From Flectonema sp. DT1601 (Eukaryota), in NCBI GenBank assembly GCA_964019425.1, contig OZ025786.1, forward strand, positions 1,054,001 through 1,118,000: a stretch of 64,000 nt of DNA. Direction: 5' to 3'. Below, piece by piece: positions 11,239-22,800 of this stretch (position 1 is the first letter of the stretch; every line of letters starts with the position of its first letter). Made by a program: the position numbers and the translations under genes. The notes under the pieces were generated by a model that saw nothing but the letters and a program-made list of their open reading frames with translations, ran no database searches and was not told the origin of the DNA.

Positions 11239-13029
11239 ATGAGTAGAAAAATGAGTAAGACTCCGGGTACGAAGAAGGGGAAAAAAGGAAAAGAAGACAT
11301 GGAAAGACAAATGCGAGAAGAAGACGAAAGACTTGCTGCTGAGGAACTTCTTTTGATGGAAAGGGAAGCGGAGGATAAACAGCGGCTGGAATGCGAACAG
11401 CGAGACCGCAGAGAAGCAAAAGAAATGAAGCGATTTAAGAAAGAACAATCAGCCGCTTTACTAGCTGAGAAGGAGAAGTGTATATTCATACTCAGTACTC
11501 AAGTTAACGAACAAGTCCGACTGTTTGCTCAAAGTCGGAGTGAGTTAGAAGACGAATTAGAATCCATGGGCAAACACAAAGATGAACTCGAGAATAGATT
11601 TGCTTCTTTACAAGTAGAGAGCAAGTCCACAATCGGGAAATTAGAAGTCGAATCTCGAAAACTCGCTCAGGAAACAACAGAACAGCAACAGACTTTAGAA
11701 AAATTACAAAAAGAGAGAAATTCACTCTCCTCTGAATTAGAAAACAGAACTGTCACTCTACGAAGACAAGTAGCTGTCGTTGAGGAACGTCTCGAACAGA
11801 CCGAAGTCGCAAAGGAAGAGCGCAATGGTGAGTTGATGTCCAAAATTAAAAATACTGAACGGGAATTAGAAAAGACAGTCGCTCTCAACAGGACACTTCA
11901 GGAAGTAATCGAAGCTCGTGAAGTAGACGATAAGAAGAACGTGATGCTCATGCAACTGTTGAATAACCAACTTGATGAGAATAAAAAAAGATCTCAACAA
12001 AGTCTCGAAGCAGAAAAGAACAAATCAATGGAGCTCTCAGCTAAGTTAGCTGGTATCGAACTGTCACAAGTACAACTACAGGACGAGACTGATGTTTTAA
12101 AAAGAAACCGAGACGATGTTATTCGACACGCAGAACGAGATCTAGCTGAATACAAAAATAAATTAGAACAAGTCAAGTTCGATGCCAGATTCGTTCACCA
12201 TGAGTTGTCTAAGTACAAAACCAGGTTGGAACATCAGCAAACAGACTTCACAAAACGCTCCAAAGACAGCTCTGATGAAACGAACAAAATGAAAACTACT
12301 CTTGAAACAGCACAGCAGAAGATTGAAGAATTAGAAGTAGCGATCAGAAAAAAGGATCGCGACCACTTCGACAAGGTAACGTTCTTCAATGCCCAGATTG
12401 GGAATAACCGAACAATAATTTCTCAGCTACAACAAAAATTTCAAAAAGAAAAAGAATGCCGGCTTCAAGAAGTAGCCGCCCTCCACGAAGAACTAACTAC
12501 AAAGAACCAACGGCTGTCACTAGCTCAGGCTGACTTGAATAAGAAGAAAATGCAATGCAATGAAGATGAAGCAAAACTACAATCGGATGTAGCGATTCTA
12601 AAAACAACCGTCTTTCAACTTCAGTCTGCGTTAGTTGAAAAAGAACGAGAAATGGACAATCTGGTTAGCGATAAAGAAGAAGAAGTTCGAAGACTTCGTA
12701 AGAAGTTAGATGAACACTTCATTCCACATCGTGGAGAGGTCCAAGGCAATGAATTGTCTCGTCCTCTTGAGCAAGCACTCAATGACAAGGTACAGCAACT
12801 CACACGTGATCTTGAAATTCGCAGTCGAGTTTCTCTCGATACCGAGACTCGCCTAAATGCTCAAATCGGAATAACCAATCAGGTGGTTGAAGCTCTTCAA
12901 TTGGAATTGAAGGCAAAAGATGACCAATACACTGAAACTATCAAAGTCTTAACTATGGAAAACCAACGTCTTAAAACCCAATTAGAAAACTATGCTGGAG
13001 GTGCCTCCACTCCCACAATTTCAACTTAG
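11239..13029 (+). CDS. Long coiled-coil protein (596 aa)
   Basis: Continuous E/K/Q/L heptad-rich sequence after a basic N-terminus (KKGKKGK); possibly cytoskeletal or flagellar. Confidence 0.75.
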   Translation: MSRKMSKTPGTKKGKKGKEDMERQMREEDERLAAEELLLMEREAEDKQRLECEQRDRREAKEMKRFKKEQSAALLAEKEKCIFILSTQVNEQVRLFAQSRSELEDELESMGKHKDELENRFASLQVESKSTIGKLEVESRKLAQETTEQQQTLEKLQKERNSLSSELENRTVTLRRQVAVVEERLEQTEVAKEERNGELMSKIKNTERELEKTVALNRTLQEVIEAREVDDKKNVMLMQLLNNQLDENKKRSQQSLEAEKNKSMELSAKLAGIELSQVQLQDETDVLKRNRDDVIRHAERDLAEYKNKLEQVKFDARFVHHELSKYKTRLEHQQTDFTKRSKDSSDETNKMKTTLETAQQKIEELEVAIRKKDRDHFDKVTFFNAQIGNNRTIISQLQQKFQKEKECRLQEVAALHEELTTKNQRLSLAQADLNKKKMQCNEDEAKLQSDVAILKTTVFQLQSALVEKEREMDNLVSDKEEEVRRLRKKLDEHFIPHRGEVQGNELSRPLEQALNDKVQQLTRDLEIRSRVSLDTETRLNAQIGITNQVVEALQLELKAKDDQYTETIKVLTMENQRLKTQLENYAGGASTPTIST

Positions 13030-13491
13030 CGATACGATTACTGACCAAGAGAGGAACATAAAAGGAATGACTTTTGTGATCTGCAGAACATTCTAAAGAC
13101 TATTCAGCAGTAAGAAATTATTTGAAAACTCTTAATCAGGTCTTGTGGTATAACACTTTTTATTTGTTTTAGTTCTCCTGATATTTACACCCTTATTTCA
13201 CCCTTGGATGTTATATTCCCGGAAAAAAAAGTTTTTAACAACAGAATAGTAAGCTTTTTTGGTCCTTACAAGTTTCACGGATTTGCGATTTCGTGCGCAA
13301 GCAAATTCTTTTTTTTCTGTTCTCCCACAGTCTTTGTATCGATTGAACACTAAATAATCTATTCAAGTTTTGTGGTAAAACACTCTTTTGTTTTTGTTTT
13401 TGTTTTTGTTCCCTTCCACTAATTTATTTACACTCTTTTGTTATTATTCTAAAACTTAAAAATTCTTTCTTTTTTCTTCTTTTTTTTTTTT

Positions 13492-13608
13492 TACCGACGT
13501 AGTCGGTGAAGAAACTACTCAGATTGGCCGATATTTCTTATGATCATGATTTGTGCGACAGGATTCTGTCTGCGTTCAACGAAACATAAGCTACTCTGAA
13601 TGGTTTTT
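13492..13608 (+). mobile_element. Solo A-B terminal-repeat unit of the YR retrotransposon family (diverged, non-autonomous)
   Basis: TACCGACGTAGTCGGTGAAGAAACTA...GTGCGACAGGATTCTGTCTGCGTTCAACGAAACATAAG...TCTGAATGGTTTTT aligns with 43261-43392 and is flanked on both sides by T-runs. Confidence 0.85.
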
Positions 13609-14081
13609 TTTTTTTTTTTTGTTATGTTATGAATTGCTACGATTGAAATCTTGTTGACGAAACCAACATAGTAAGAAAAGTGTATCCACCCATAATGGTG
13701 GGGGGGGAGTGGTATGCTACGGAGCACATCCAACTCCACACTCAAAGTGGGTAAAGCGCAGCTATTTTGTCGAACCCTTTGTTTTCCTATATTTTAAATG
13801 GGTGAAAAACTCATGTCCTGAAATTCATCTCAATTTTAGATCAGTTTCACAGTAGTAGTGAACCCTCTCTCCCTTTTGTGGTAATTATAAAGTTAAGATT
13901 TCTTAATGTGAGAAGGGAGTGACGGAACTTCTTAATTATTATTTTCTCCAACACAAGACATGATATGATCACTGTGAACTACAACGAGAAGTGTCCTCAG
14001 TCAGTTTGTGCCTTCACGTGCTCGTGGGAGACTTTATCGTATTCTCTCTCAGGTTCTATTCTAAGGTAATAATAATAAAAG

Positions 14082-15192
14082 ATGCCTAAAATACACTACG
14101 AAAAAAATGACATATCTGTGAAGAAGAAGAAAAAAAAAGAACAAAAACAAAAAGTTGCTGACGATGCTGACAAACAGGGACATCACGGATTTACTTTTAA
14201 TAAAAGTATGTAGTTATGGTTGTGATTATTATTCTTAACATTATGAGGAAAAAAAAAAAAAAAAAAAAAAAACAGCCTTTGGTCAGCACATCTTAAAGAA
14301 CCCTCTTGTTATCAATGCGATTATCGATAAATCTGGTCTGCAAGCAACAGATATTGTTTTGGAGATCGGACCTGGAACAGGTAACTTAACTGAAAAACTA
14401 TTGCAATCATGTAAGAAAGTCGTCGCAATGGAAATCGATCCTCGAATGGTCCAAGAACTTAGAAAGAGATTTATGTCTACTCCACTCGGTAGTAAATTAC
14501 AAATCATCGAAGGGAATTGTTTAAAGAATGAGCTTCCGTTTTTTAATGTTTGCGTTGCGAACGTTCCGTATGCAATTTCATCTGCTTTAGTGTTTAAATT
14601 ACTGAGACACAGACCGCTGTTTAGATGTGCTGTTTTGATGTTTCAAAGAGAATTCGCAATGCGACTGTGCGCCAAGTCTGGTAGTTCGATGTACTGCAGA
14701 CTGTCATCAAACACTCAACTACTATCGAGAGTTGATCATTTAATGAAAATTTCAAAAGCGAGTTTTAAACCTCCTCCGAAAGTAGAATCGTCTGTTGTCA
14801 GAATCGAACCGAAGAGACCTGCTCCTGAAGTTGCTTTTGATGTATGTGTTTCTTTAGCTTTTAGTGAGACATTGAGGAAGAGGGGAAAATTAACAAAAAA
14901 AAAAATAAAACAGGAATGGGATGGAATGGTTAAAATCTGCTTCAACCGTCCGAACAAAACCCTTGCTGGTAACTTCAGAGTGAAATCTGTTTTAAAAAAC
15001 CTCTATACCATACACACTAACTACTGCAAGATGCTTGAGAAGGAACCGAAACCGTTCGAGGTAGTCAAGGAATTAATACCCGCTATTATGGCTAAACTTC
15101 ACTTCTCTGAACGAAGAATGAGAACGATGGAAGAAGACGAGCTGCTTGCGATGTTAGCAGCTTTCCATGCAGAAGACATTTACTTTGCTTGA
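14082..15192 (+). CDS. DIM1: 18S rRNA dimethyladenosine transferase Dim1; exons 14082-14205, 14276-14841, 14914-15192
   Basis: Spliced FNKTFGQHILKNP, LEIGPGTGNLT, EIDPRM, CVANVPYAISS, MFQREFA, YCRLS, FKPPPKVESSVVRIEP, FDEWDG. 969 nt in frame. Confidence 0.95.
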
Positions 15193-15682
15193 GAAGAAAT
15201 AATTCTTGTGTTAATTCAAGTGATCCTGTACTGTTTACTCTTTGTGAGACTTTATGGTAATTTTACTCAGCTATTTCCGTTTCTGTTATCACTTACGATA
15301 TCAAAAAAAAAAAGATAAGTTTTCCATCAGACAAGTTGTGAGGAAAGTTAAATTTTAGTTTTCTCGCCTTTTTTTTTTTGTTTTCTTTTTTTTCAAACAG
15401 GAAGGCTATATGAATGAATGTTGTGAATGTACTTCTCTCTGATCTGTGTGTTGTTAGGTAGTATCTTAATCTTTATTTCCCCTTCCCACCACAGGGGTGT
15501 AGCTTTAAGTGATCTTTTCATTTTTTCCCCCTTTTTTTTCCTCCTCTTCCACCTTCCCATCCTCGCTTCGTTCTATTGCGTTTCGTAACAACAAAAAAAA
15601 TAATAATAATAAGAAGATAAATTAAGAGTTTCCAGTTTCGTTTGTTATTCGCTACCCCGATCTGATATTGTTATGTTCGATA

Positions 15683-18334
15683 ATGTGCGATATCGATTCT
15701 AAATCTAAACAAGAGAATGAAGAGAGTATTGAGACTGAAGAAGATGAGGATGTTGAAGAAAGTATGTTTGTCACCACCGCTAAGGGAACTGCATTAGTTC
15801 AAAGACTGGCTGGCGGAGAGTTAGTTTACGTGAGAGCGGATGGAACCAGAGTTGTTAAGGAAGAGAAAGATGACATAATACCAATATCGTCAACTGTTTC
15901 CGCATCTCCTCCACCTCCAAAAAGGAATCACAGCTGGGACAGAAAAAATAAATCAAACAATTCTGGAAATCTAGCCTCCTCCAACTCCAACAATAATTTA
16001 GCGACTCAGGTTGGTGACTGGACTTGTAAATGTGGTTTTGTTAATTGGGGAAGTAAAAATAGATCAATCTGCCACCAATGTAAGCAACCTATGCCTACCT
16101 CTCACCAACACACTAAGTTGACTGTGGATACCTCTTCCAGTGAAGTTTTTCAGCAAAAACTCCGTCAGTCTTTGGAAAGATTTCTTCCAAGCAGTGACGA
16201 CACAACAGAACAACCTGTTCTAGCTGGATTTATTAATTCTCCGTTGTTGAAGACGAAAAGAAACAAACGGAGGCTTGGCATACCTCCAATTGCGCCACCC
16301 AGTATTGAGCCACTGATGGCAAAACCAACACCTGTGTGTATCAGTAACGCTAGTAAACCTGTAATGCATAGAGACTCCTCTCCCGATAGGGACGCTGAAA
16401 ATGATAAAAAAGAGAGAAAAATTCAACTTCAAAACCGAAGACAGGCAGACTTTATAAACAACATTCTGAAACAACAGGGTGGTCAGAACAGCGGGAAAAT
16501 CCTTAATCAGATTACTCAGATTGAGGAGGTCACACAATTGCAATCGAAAACTGCTTCTTCAACAAAACGAACTCGAAAAAATGTTAGAAAAATTGGTGAG
16601 GCACTGCAGCTAACCCTCAGTGACCTAGTAGTAGATTACAAGGAACCCCTTGGAGAAGGTGCTTTTGGATGTATTTATCGGTGTTGGGTTGGAAAGTCGG
16701 GTCAAGATCCCCGACGAGAATACCCAAGAGCAGCTGATTTGAAAGCGTTAAAAGTAATGCGATTAGATGTTGGAGGATGTAAGGAAGAATATTTAAAAAA
16801 CATTACAGCAGCTGATTCTGAATGCGCGTCGTGGTTGCAGTTAACATCGACGAGGATGAATGAGAAAAAGATTGCTGGAGATCGACACGTTTTGACGTTG
16901 TTGAAAAATTTTCAAAAGGATGGTCAATTCCAAATGCTAATGGAGTTTATGCATTTTGGATCCTTAGACGACCTTATGAAAACTATTAATCAAATATCAA
17001 TTGACGACACTCAGGAAATGGTTCGAACTAGCCGTGATGGAATCAACCCAATGGACAGACTCAAAGACTATTCCGTCTCAAGCCCTTGCCAAGAAGACAA
17101 TCACCCATTACCTGAATGCGTATTATCTTATATTATGGAAGCAGTAGTCATGGGACTTGATTTTCTTCACAGTATTGGTATTGTTCACCAAGACATTAAA
17201 CCTGGTAATATTCTTATAGACAATTGGGCTCAGGTGAAGATTGGTGACTTTGGATTAGCTGGAATCATGCATCAGGGTACTATTAATCAAGAAGGAGGGA
17301 CACGACTTTACATGCCTCCTGAGAAAATAAGAGATACTTCCAACAGAAAAGGTACTTTTGCAGGAGATATCTGGAGCTTGGGTGTTTCAACTATGGAGTG
17401 TGCGTTGGGTTTGTACAGTCAAAGTAAGGAACATTTATTCGCAGGATGTGGATTGTCTCATTTTAAAATAAGTAAAGAATTCGATCCTCGACTATTAGAT
17501 TCCAATATCAACACGAGCACTGTTTCAATCTCAGACGATGTCCTCAGAGAGACGGTTTCTTGGGAATCGATGGTCAGCAACATTCATGAGAATGAAAAAC
17601 TAAGCGCTCGCTACAACGCTCTCTCAGACGAACTTAAAGACTTTGTTCAGAACTGTATGAGTTACAACCCGACTGAGCGTCCTCCTGCAAAGGCGTTGAA
17701 GACCCATAAATTTATATCTGATAGAAAATGGAAGAAGAGAGAAATGAAACAATTTTTAGACCTCCTCGTTGACCGTCTCGAGACTCAGGACATGTTATCG
17801 GGTGGAAAAGGTGACAGTTGGAAGAAGAGAGGATGGGAACCAGCAAAGGCTGGTTGCAGTACCGCTTCTGCCATCTCCAGTAGGTCAACTATGAGCAGTA
17901 ATTTTGGTGCAGCCATGCATCACAGAGGTAGGGGTAGAGGAGGTTGGTGGGGTAGTTGGAGGGGAAGGCATCAAAACAATCACAGTGGTAGGGGTGGAAA
18001 CCATCGAGGAGCAACACGTCCTGCTAGTAATGCTCCAGTGAATGCAACTGTCAATAATGGAACAACCTCAACCAACAACAACACTGACAACGGTACGACT
18101 ATCACTCCGTCAACAAGCAGTCAAAGAGGAACTGCCGCTCCAAACTCACCAAACCCACCTCCAGCTAGAGGATACTTCTCATCACCTCCTGAGTACAATC
18201 CAGTGCGGGATTTTCATCCCCGTGGTGGTAGTATTATCAATAAGGAACCTTCTCCCCCAGTCGCTCCTCGTGTTTTTAAAAAGTCTGATGGAGGTCCAGT
18301 CGTTGAGGTATCACATCCTCATGACTCTGATTGA
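15683..18334 (+). CDS. Ser/Thr protein kinase (STE/MAP2K-like) with N-terminal RanBP2-type zinc finger and RGG-rich C-terminus
   Basis: LGEGAFG, ALK, MEFMHFGSL, VHQDIKPGNIL, KIGDFG, GTRLYMPPE, GDIWSLG. Zinc finger GDWTCKCGFVNW...CHQCKQP; tail RGRGRGG...GRGG. Confidence 0.88.
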   Translation: MCDIDSKSKQENEESIETEEDEDVEESMFVTTAKGTALVQRLAGGELVYVRADGTRVVKEEKDDIIPISSTVSASPPPPKRNHSWDRKNKSNNSGNLASSNSNNNLATQVGDWTCKCGFVNWGSKNRSICHQCKQPMPTSHQHTKLTVDTSSSEVFQQKLRQSLERFLPSSDDTTEQPVLAGFINSPLLKTKRNKRRLGIPPIAPPSIEPLMAKPTPVCISNASKPVMHRDSSPDRDAENDKKERKIQLQNRRQADFINNILKQQGGQNSGKILNQITQIEEVTQLQSKTASSTKRTRKNVRKIGEALQLTLSDLVVDYKEPLGEGAFGCIYRCWVGKSGQDPRREYPRAADLKALKVMRLDVGGCKEEYLKNITAADSECASWLQLTSTRMNEKKIAGDRHVLTLLKNFQKDGQFQMLMEFMHFGSLDDLMKTINQISIDDTQEMVRTSRDGINPMDRLKDYSVSSPCQEDNHPLPECVLSYIMEAVVMGLDFLHSIGIVHQDIKPGNILIDNWAQVKIGDFGLAGIMHQGTINQEGGTRLYMPPEKIRDTSNRKGTFAGDIWSLGVSTMECALGLYSQSKEHLFAGCGLSHFKISKEFDPRLLDSNINTSTVSISDDVLRETVSWESMVSNIHENEKLSARYNALSDELKDFVQNCMSYNPTERPPAKALKTHKFISDRKWKKREMKQFLDLLVDRLETQDMLSGGKGDSWKKRGWEPAKAGCSTASAISSRSTMSSNFGAAMHHRGRGRGGWWGSWRGRHQNNHSGRGGNHRGATRPASNAPVNATVNNGTTSTNNNTDNGTTITPSTSSQRGTAAPNSPNPPPARGYFSSPPEYNPVRDFHPRGGSIINKEPSPPVAPRVFKKSDGGPVVEVSHPHDSD

Positions 18335-19583
18335 TGCTGCAGATGATGTAATTAGGTACTCAAAACTTTTTACAGATTTTTTAATTTCATAAGAGACATT
18401 AGATTTGAGCAGTGAGGACTGCAGTAGACACTTGAAGCAAATTATCATTTAAGATTCTGTCTTTCTTGTCTTTCTTATTCTTAACTGCTGATGTTGTTTT
18501 GGCACACGTGCATTTCTTTTTTTTTTTTTTTTATTTCCTTTTTTTTTGTTTTTTTTGTTGTTTGGATAATTGAGTTGAAAAAAAAAGAAGGAGATTGGTA
18601 AAAGCAACAAAAACAAGATTTAAAAAAAATTAAAAAAAAAAAAAAAATGGGGTGGCGAGGTCAGAGTTCTGCGTATTGTTTTATTGAAATCTTTTCGTGA
18701 TTTTCGTTAATATTCAAAGAATACACGTGAACCGCCAAAGAGCAAGCGGGCTTACGGAAATGATGCAAGCCATCCCTTAGGAAAAAACCTTTTTAAAAAA
18801 AAAATAAACAAAACAAAATCTTTAAAAAAAAAAAAATTTAAAAAAAAAAAAAAAAAAAAACGAAACATTGCATTCTTTAATGTTCACTTCATAAAAAAAC
18901 AAAAACAAAAAATACAAAAAAAAAAAAAAAAAAAAAACAACAAAGCTTTAAAAAAAAAACAAGTAAAAATAAAACTAAAAAAAACAAACCTTTTTTTTTT
19001 TTTTATACCTTGTTTTTCAAGGACAACAACTTTTCTTTTATTATTTGTCATTCATTTTTCTTTTCCTTTTTTTTTATCTTTTTTTTTTCTTTTTTTTTCT
19101 TTTCATTTATATGTAGAAATACCCAACAGAAGAAGAGAAAAAAAAAAAAAAAAAAAAGAATAATAATCAATTTATGACATAGTATGGCAAGTTCAGTTTT
19201 TTTTTTTTTTTTTTTTTTTTTGTTTTTTTTTTTGTTTCTGTCAATTGTAGTCATTAAAAAAAAAAAGTAAATCAAAAAAAAAAAAAAAAAGATGATAAGT
19301 AGCCAACGTAAGCTGCTAATCATTTTAATAATTTTAGGTTTTTTAAAAACGCTAATCTAAGTTTGTTTCTGATTTGCTAATGATTTCTGCCGTGTTTTTG
19401 TTTTTTTTCAATTGATGTAAACCCCTTCCTTTTTTTTCTTTAAAGAAAAGGAAGAGGGGTAGTGTTTGTGGTGATAAGTTAATAAAGAAAAGCCACTACG
19501 GTGGCCACTGGAAGTAATTAAACCGTCTCTCTTCTATTTTCAAATTAACAATCATATTTGAACTGAGTGGGACATTTTCTAAG

Positions 19584-19619
<36 letters not shown>

Positions 19620-19682
19620 AAATTTGTCACAGAAGGCCTTGGCTTGGCATTTTTTAAAAAAAAGAAGAAGAAAACCCTCCCG

Positions 19683-19870
19683 TAGTACGTGACCCGTCGT
19701 GTGGGATTTTTGTCGATACCAACTGTTGGTCTTTTTACATCGCAACCAAAACCCTATTTCAGCTTTAGCCAGTTTTCAAGTTGCATTAATTTAATTAACA
19801 TATCATGTGGTTTATGCACCTCTAGCACTTTAAGCAGTTACACTCTGAACCCGCTTTTGGCGTTAGTTTT
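19683..19870. repeat. Dispersed repeat, similar to 26342-26540
   Basis: Shared blocks TAGTACGTG, GGGATTTTT.TCGATACCAA.TGTTG, AACCCTATT, TTTAGCC.GTTT.CAAGTTGC. Confidence 0.65.
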
Positions 19871-22800
19871 TCTTGACAGGTGGCCAGAGCTCTCATGGGC
19901 GGTCACAAGTTGGGAAACAAGAGTGTCTCTACCCAAAATTCGTGGGACCCATCCCATACCGAGCTATGCGGACCTCGGGGACAGTCAGGCCAGCCCCAGG
20001 TCACACAAGTTCGGTGTATTTGGGCCATAACCATGTAACCATTTCCTTTTGTATTTGATCATGTTTGGGTCGACTCCGTGTTGCTTTTTTCAATACGTGG
20101 AAATCTGTGTGGGTGACAAGTGTGCTTTTTTTTTCTTTTCTTCTTTCTTTCTTTTCCCTTCCCTTATTGCGACAAAGGAAATTAGTTTTTTAAAAGAAAA
20201 ACTGGTCCAATAAAGTACTCGGTAAGAGAGAGGAAGTGGAGGAAAATAACAATTCCGTTTTATAATTTAAGAAAAGATAGTACTGTTATTTTTATTATTA
20301 TTATTATTATTATTTTTGTATCGGATTGTATAATCAGTTTAAAAGACGTATACTTTATCATGCAGGCGAGTTCCAAAACACTCGGACAAGTTGTTCTGCT
20401 GCGTGTAAATTCTACGTCTGACTACTTTCCCTTTTTACAAAACTTTCATGTACCTCATTCCTATCCTTCAGCTCTGAAGCTGCTGGTTACCTTTGTGGCA
20501 TTTGTACCATTTTCTCTTAAATGGGCAATGTACAACCACAAGGTCAAGATTAGTTAAAAAGGGGGAGAGAGAGCAGAATTAATGTTTTCACCCTTGTCCT
20601 TGCAACTGACATGGGGAAGATTCTTCTTCGTTGGACATCAGCTTCAAAGAGACATTCTTAAACAGTTCATTGTTTGCTTTTCTATCGCTGGTGAGATTGT
20701 ATGGAATCGCTTCTGTTGGAATAAGTTTAGTTATTATTCTCTTTTTTTTCTTGGGAAAACTTTTAATTCCGCACAAGGTTTCAAGAAATCCGGAATTTTG
20801 AAAAACTTTGTGCGGAATTGGGGGTTTTCCCCTTTTTCTTTTTGCAAGTTGCTTTATCCAGGTTAACTTTAGGTATCAAGTTACCACACATCTCCAAAGT
20901 GAGAAAAGCGTTGGTGTAGTTTCGGGGGTCATGCTTCCAGGCACTGTAGTTCACCCCCCCCTTTTTGATTACTCTCGAAACCTAATAGTTACTTTAAAAG
21001 GCTAAGTTAAGCATCACACCTAGTCACTGTATCTCAGAATGTTAAATTATCGTTATGTTGTTTATGATACAATACATTTGTATTTTACGTACAAAATCAA
21101 ACAGTTAACCCCCTTTTTTTTTTCTTTTTTTTTTTCGTCTTTACCTCCTACACGGGGTAAATCTAGACATCAGAGACAATTGGAAAGAAGGAAAACAAGG
21201 AAACAGGAAATAAAAGAGCAAACTGCAATGCCAAAGCATTGTTAAAAAGAAAATAGTGAGAGTATATTTGTAGCACTTATAGCATTTGAGGTGCAAAACG
21301 CCTTTACATTTTTTTTTTGGTAAATAAAATAAAACACTTTGTTTTTTTATTATTTTATCCTTTTCCCAATTGTTTCCCCAGAAAAAAAAGTAAGAAAACA
21401 AAAAAAAAAAAAAAAAATGTCTCGAAGTCGTTCTTTTTGAGAACGAATAATTTTTTTTTTTTAAAATCTTTCTCCCCGTCTCTAATGATCTTCTTCGTAA
21501 AACTATTATTTATGAAAGGATCCAACAGGTTCCAACAGGGTTCCAACAGGTCTCATTCTGCAAGTGTAATCACTGAACTGTATTAGGCAGTTGGTGACCA
21601 CACATCTACTCCCAATTCCCCCCCTTTTTTTTTTCCACCGTTGAAGTGGACAAGTTTAATGCACTTCCCGAGGGACAAAATTAGCAAAAAACGGCGGCTA
21701 GTCCGCGTGGTGTCCCCCTCCCTGTGTGAATTATGAGGATGTTCTGCTCGCCCTTTTTTAATTTCGGAGCGGCATGACCGAAGACAATCTCTCCCCATTT
21801 TATTTCCAATACCGTCGCCCCCGGGAAGGCCTCCAGTAGTATTATTTATTTATTTGCGGTCAATTACTACGCTGCCGCTGACAGTCAAGATTGTCGGAGA
21901 AATTGTTGTTCCTCTTGAGCTTAAAAATGCTATCAAATTACCCCCTTTTTTTTTTCTTTTTTCCCCCCTTTATTATTGTCTCAAACGGTTTCACACGATT
22001 GTGGGAATTTTTGTCTTTTTCAAGATCCTGAAAGAAAGGGAATAAGTGAGGGGGGAAGAAGAAAAAAAAAAAAAAAAGTGCTAAGTGGTAATGGAGAATA
22101 AAAGTAAAGAAGGAGAAATATCTCTCGGAGTAGTACTTTCGAAGAATGTTTCTAGACTATTACATTTTTTTTTTTTTTTTTTTTTTTTTTATTCTCTCCA
22201 AGGAGACTGTTTTTTCGTTTCTTATGATCGTGTAATAACCGTGAAATTATTTTATTAAAAATTAAAAAAAAAATAAAACAATAAAAAAATAAAGGCAAAT
22301 GGGCTTCCTACCCTTTGTAAGGATAGAAGTCTATCGTATAGCATCTTTTTTAGCCTGCTCCCTAACTGAGTTTAGCTGGACTAATAGTTTTACTGGTTGC
22401 TCTAATACTGCAGTTAGGGAGTAGCAGCAAAAGGAAAAAAAAAAAAAAAAAAAAAGGGAAAAAGAATTGTCTCTTCACCCTGGCATCCACTGAGGTCCAC
22501 TTGTTGAAAAGTAGTATTTTCCCCCTTTTGTTTTCCCTTGAATCTTGTTTTTTTTCCCTTTTTTTTTTTTTTTCGAGCGATTCCAAAAGGGTGTTGTCGC
22601 GATACCGGAGGTGTATATTAATTACTTCAGCTATCTTAGAACACCTCCGTAGTCACTGCATCGTTAACCTGATTGTTAAAGTTACCATTATGTCGTAAGG
22701 GTACAATACAATTAGTTTTTCACATTGATTATCGTTACGAAATTGATGGGTTGACAGACAACTATTTTGTGTTTGAAAAGATAGTCTGGGGTATTTGGTG

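Noticed and set aside
21690..21830. GC-richer island with an Sm-site-like AATTTCGG and box C-like ATGAGGA
   Set aside because: No recognisable snRNA or snoRNA core could be assembled by eye.
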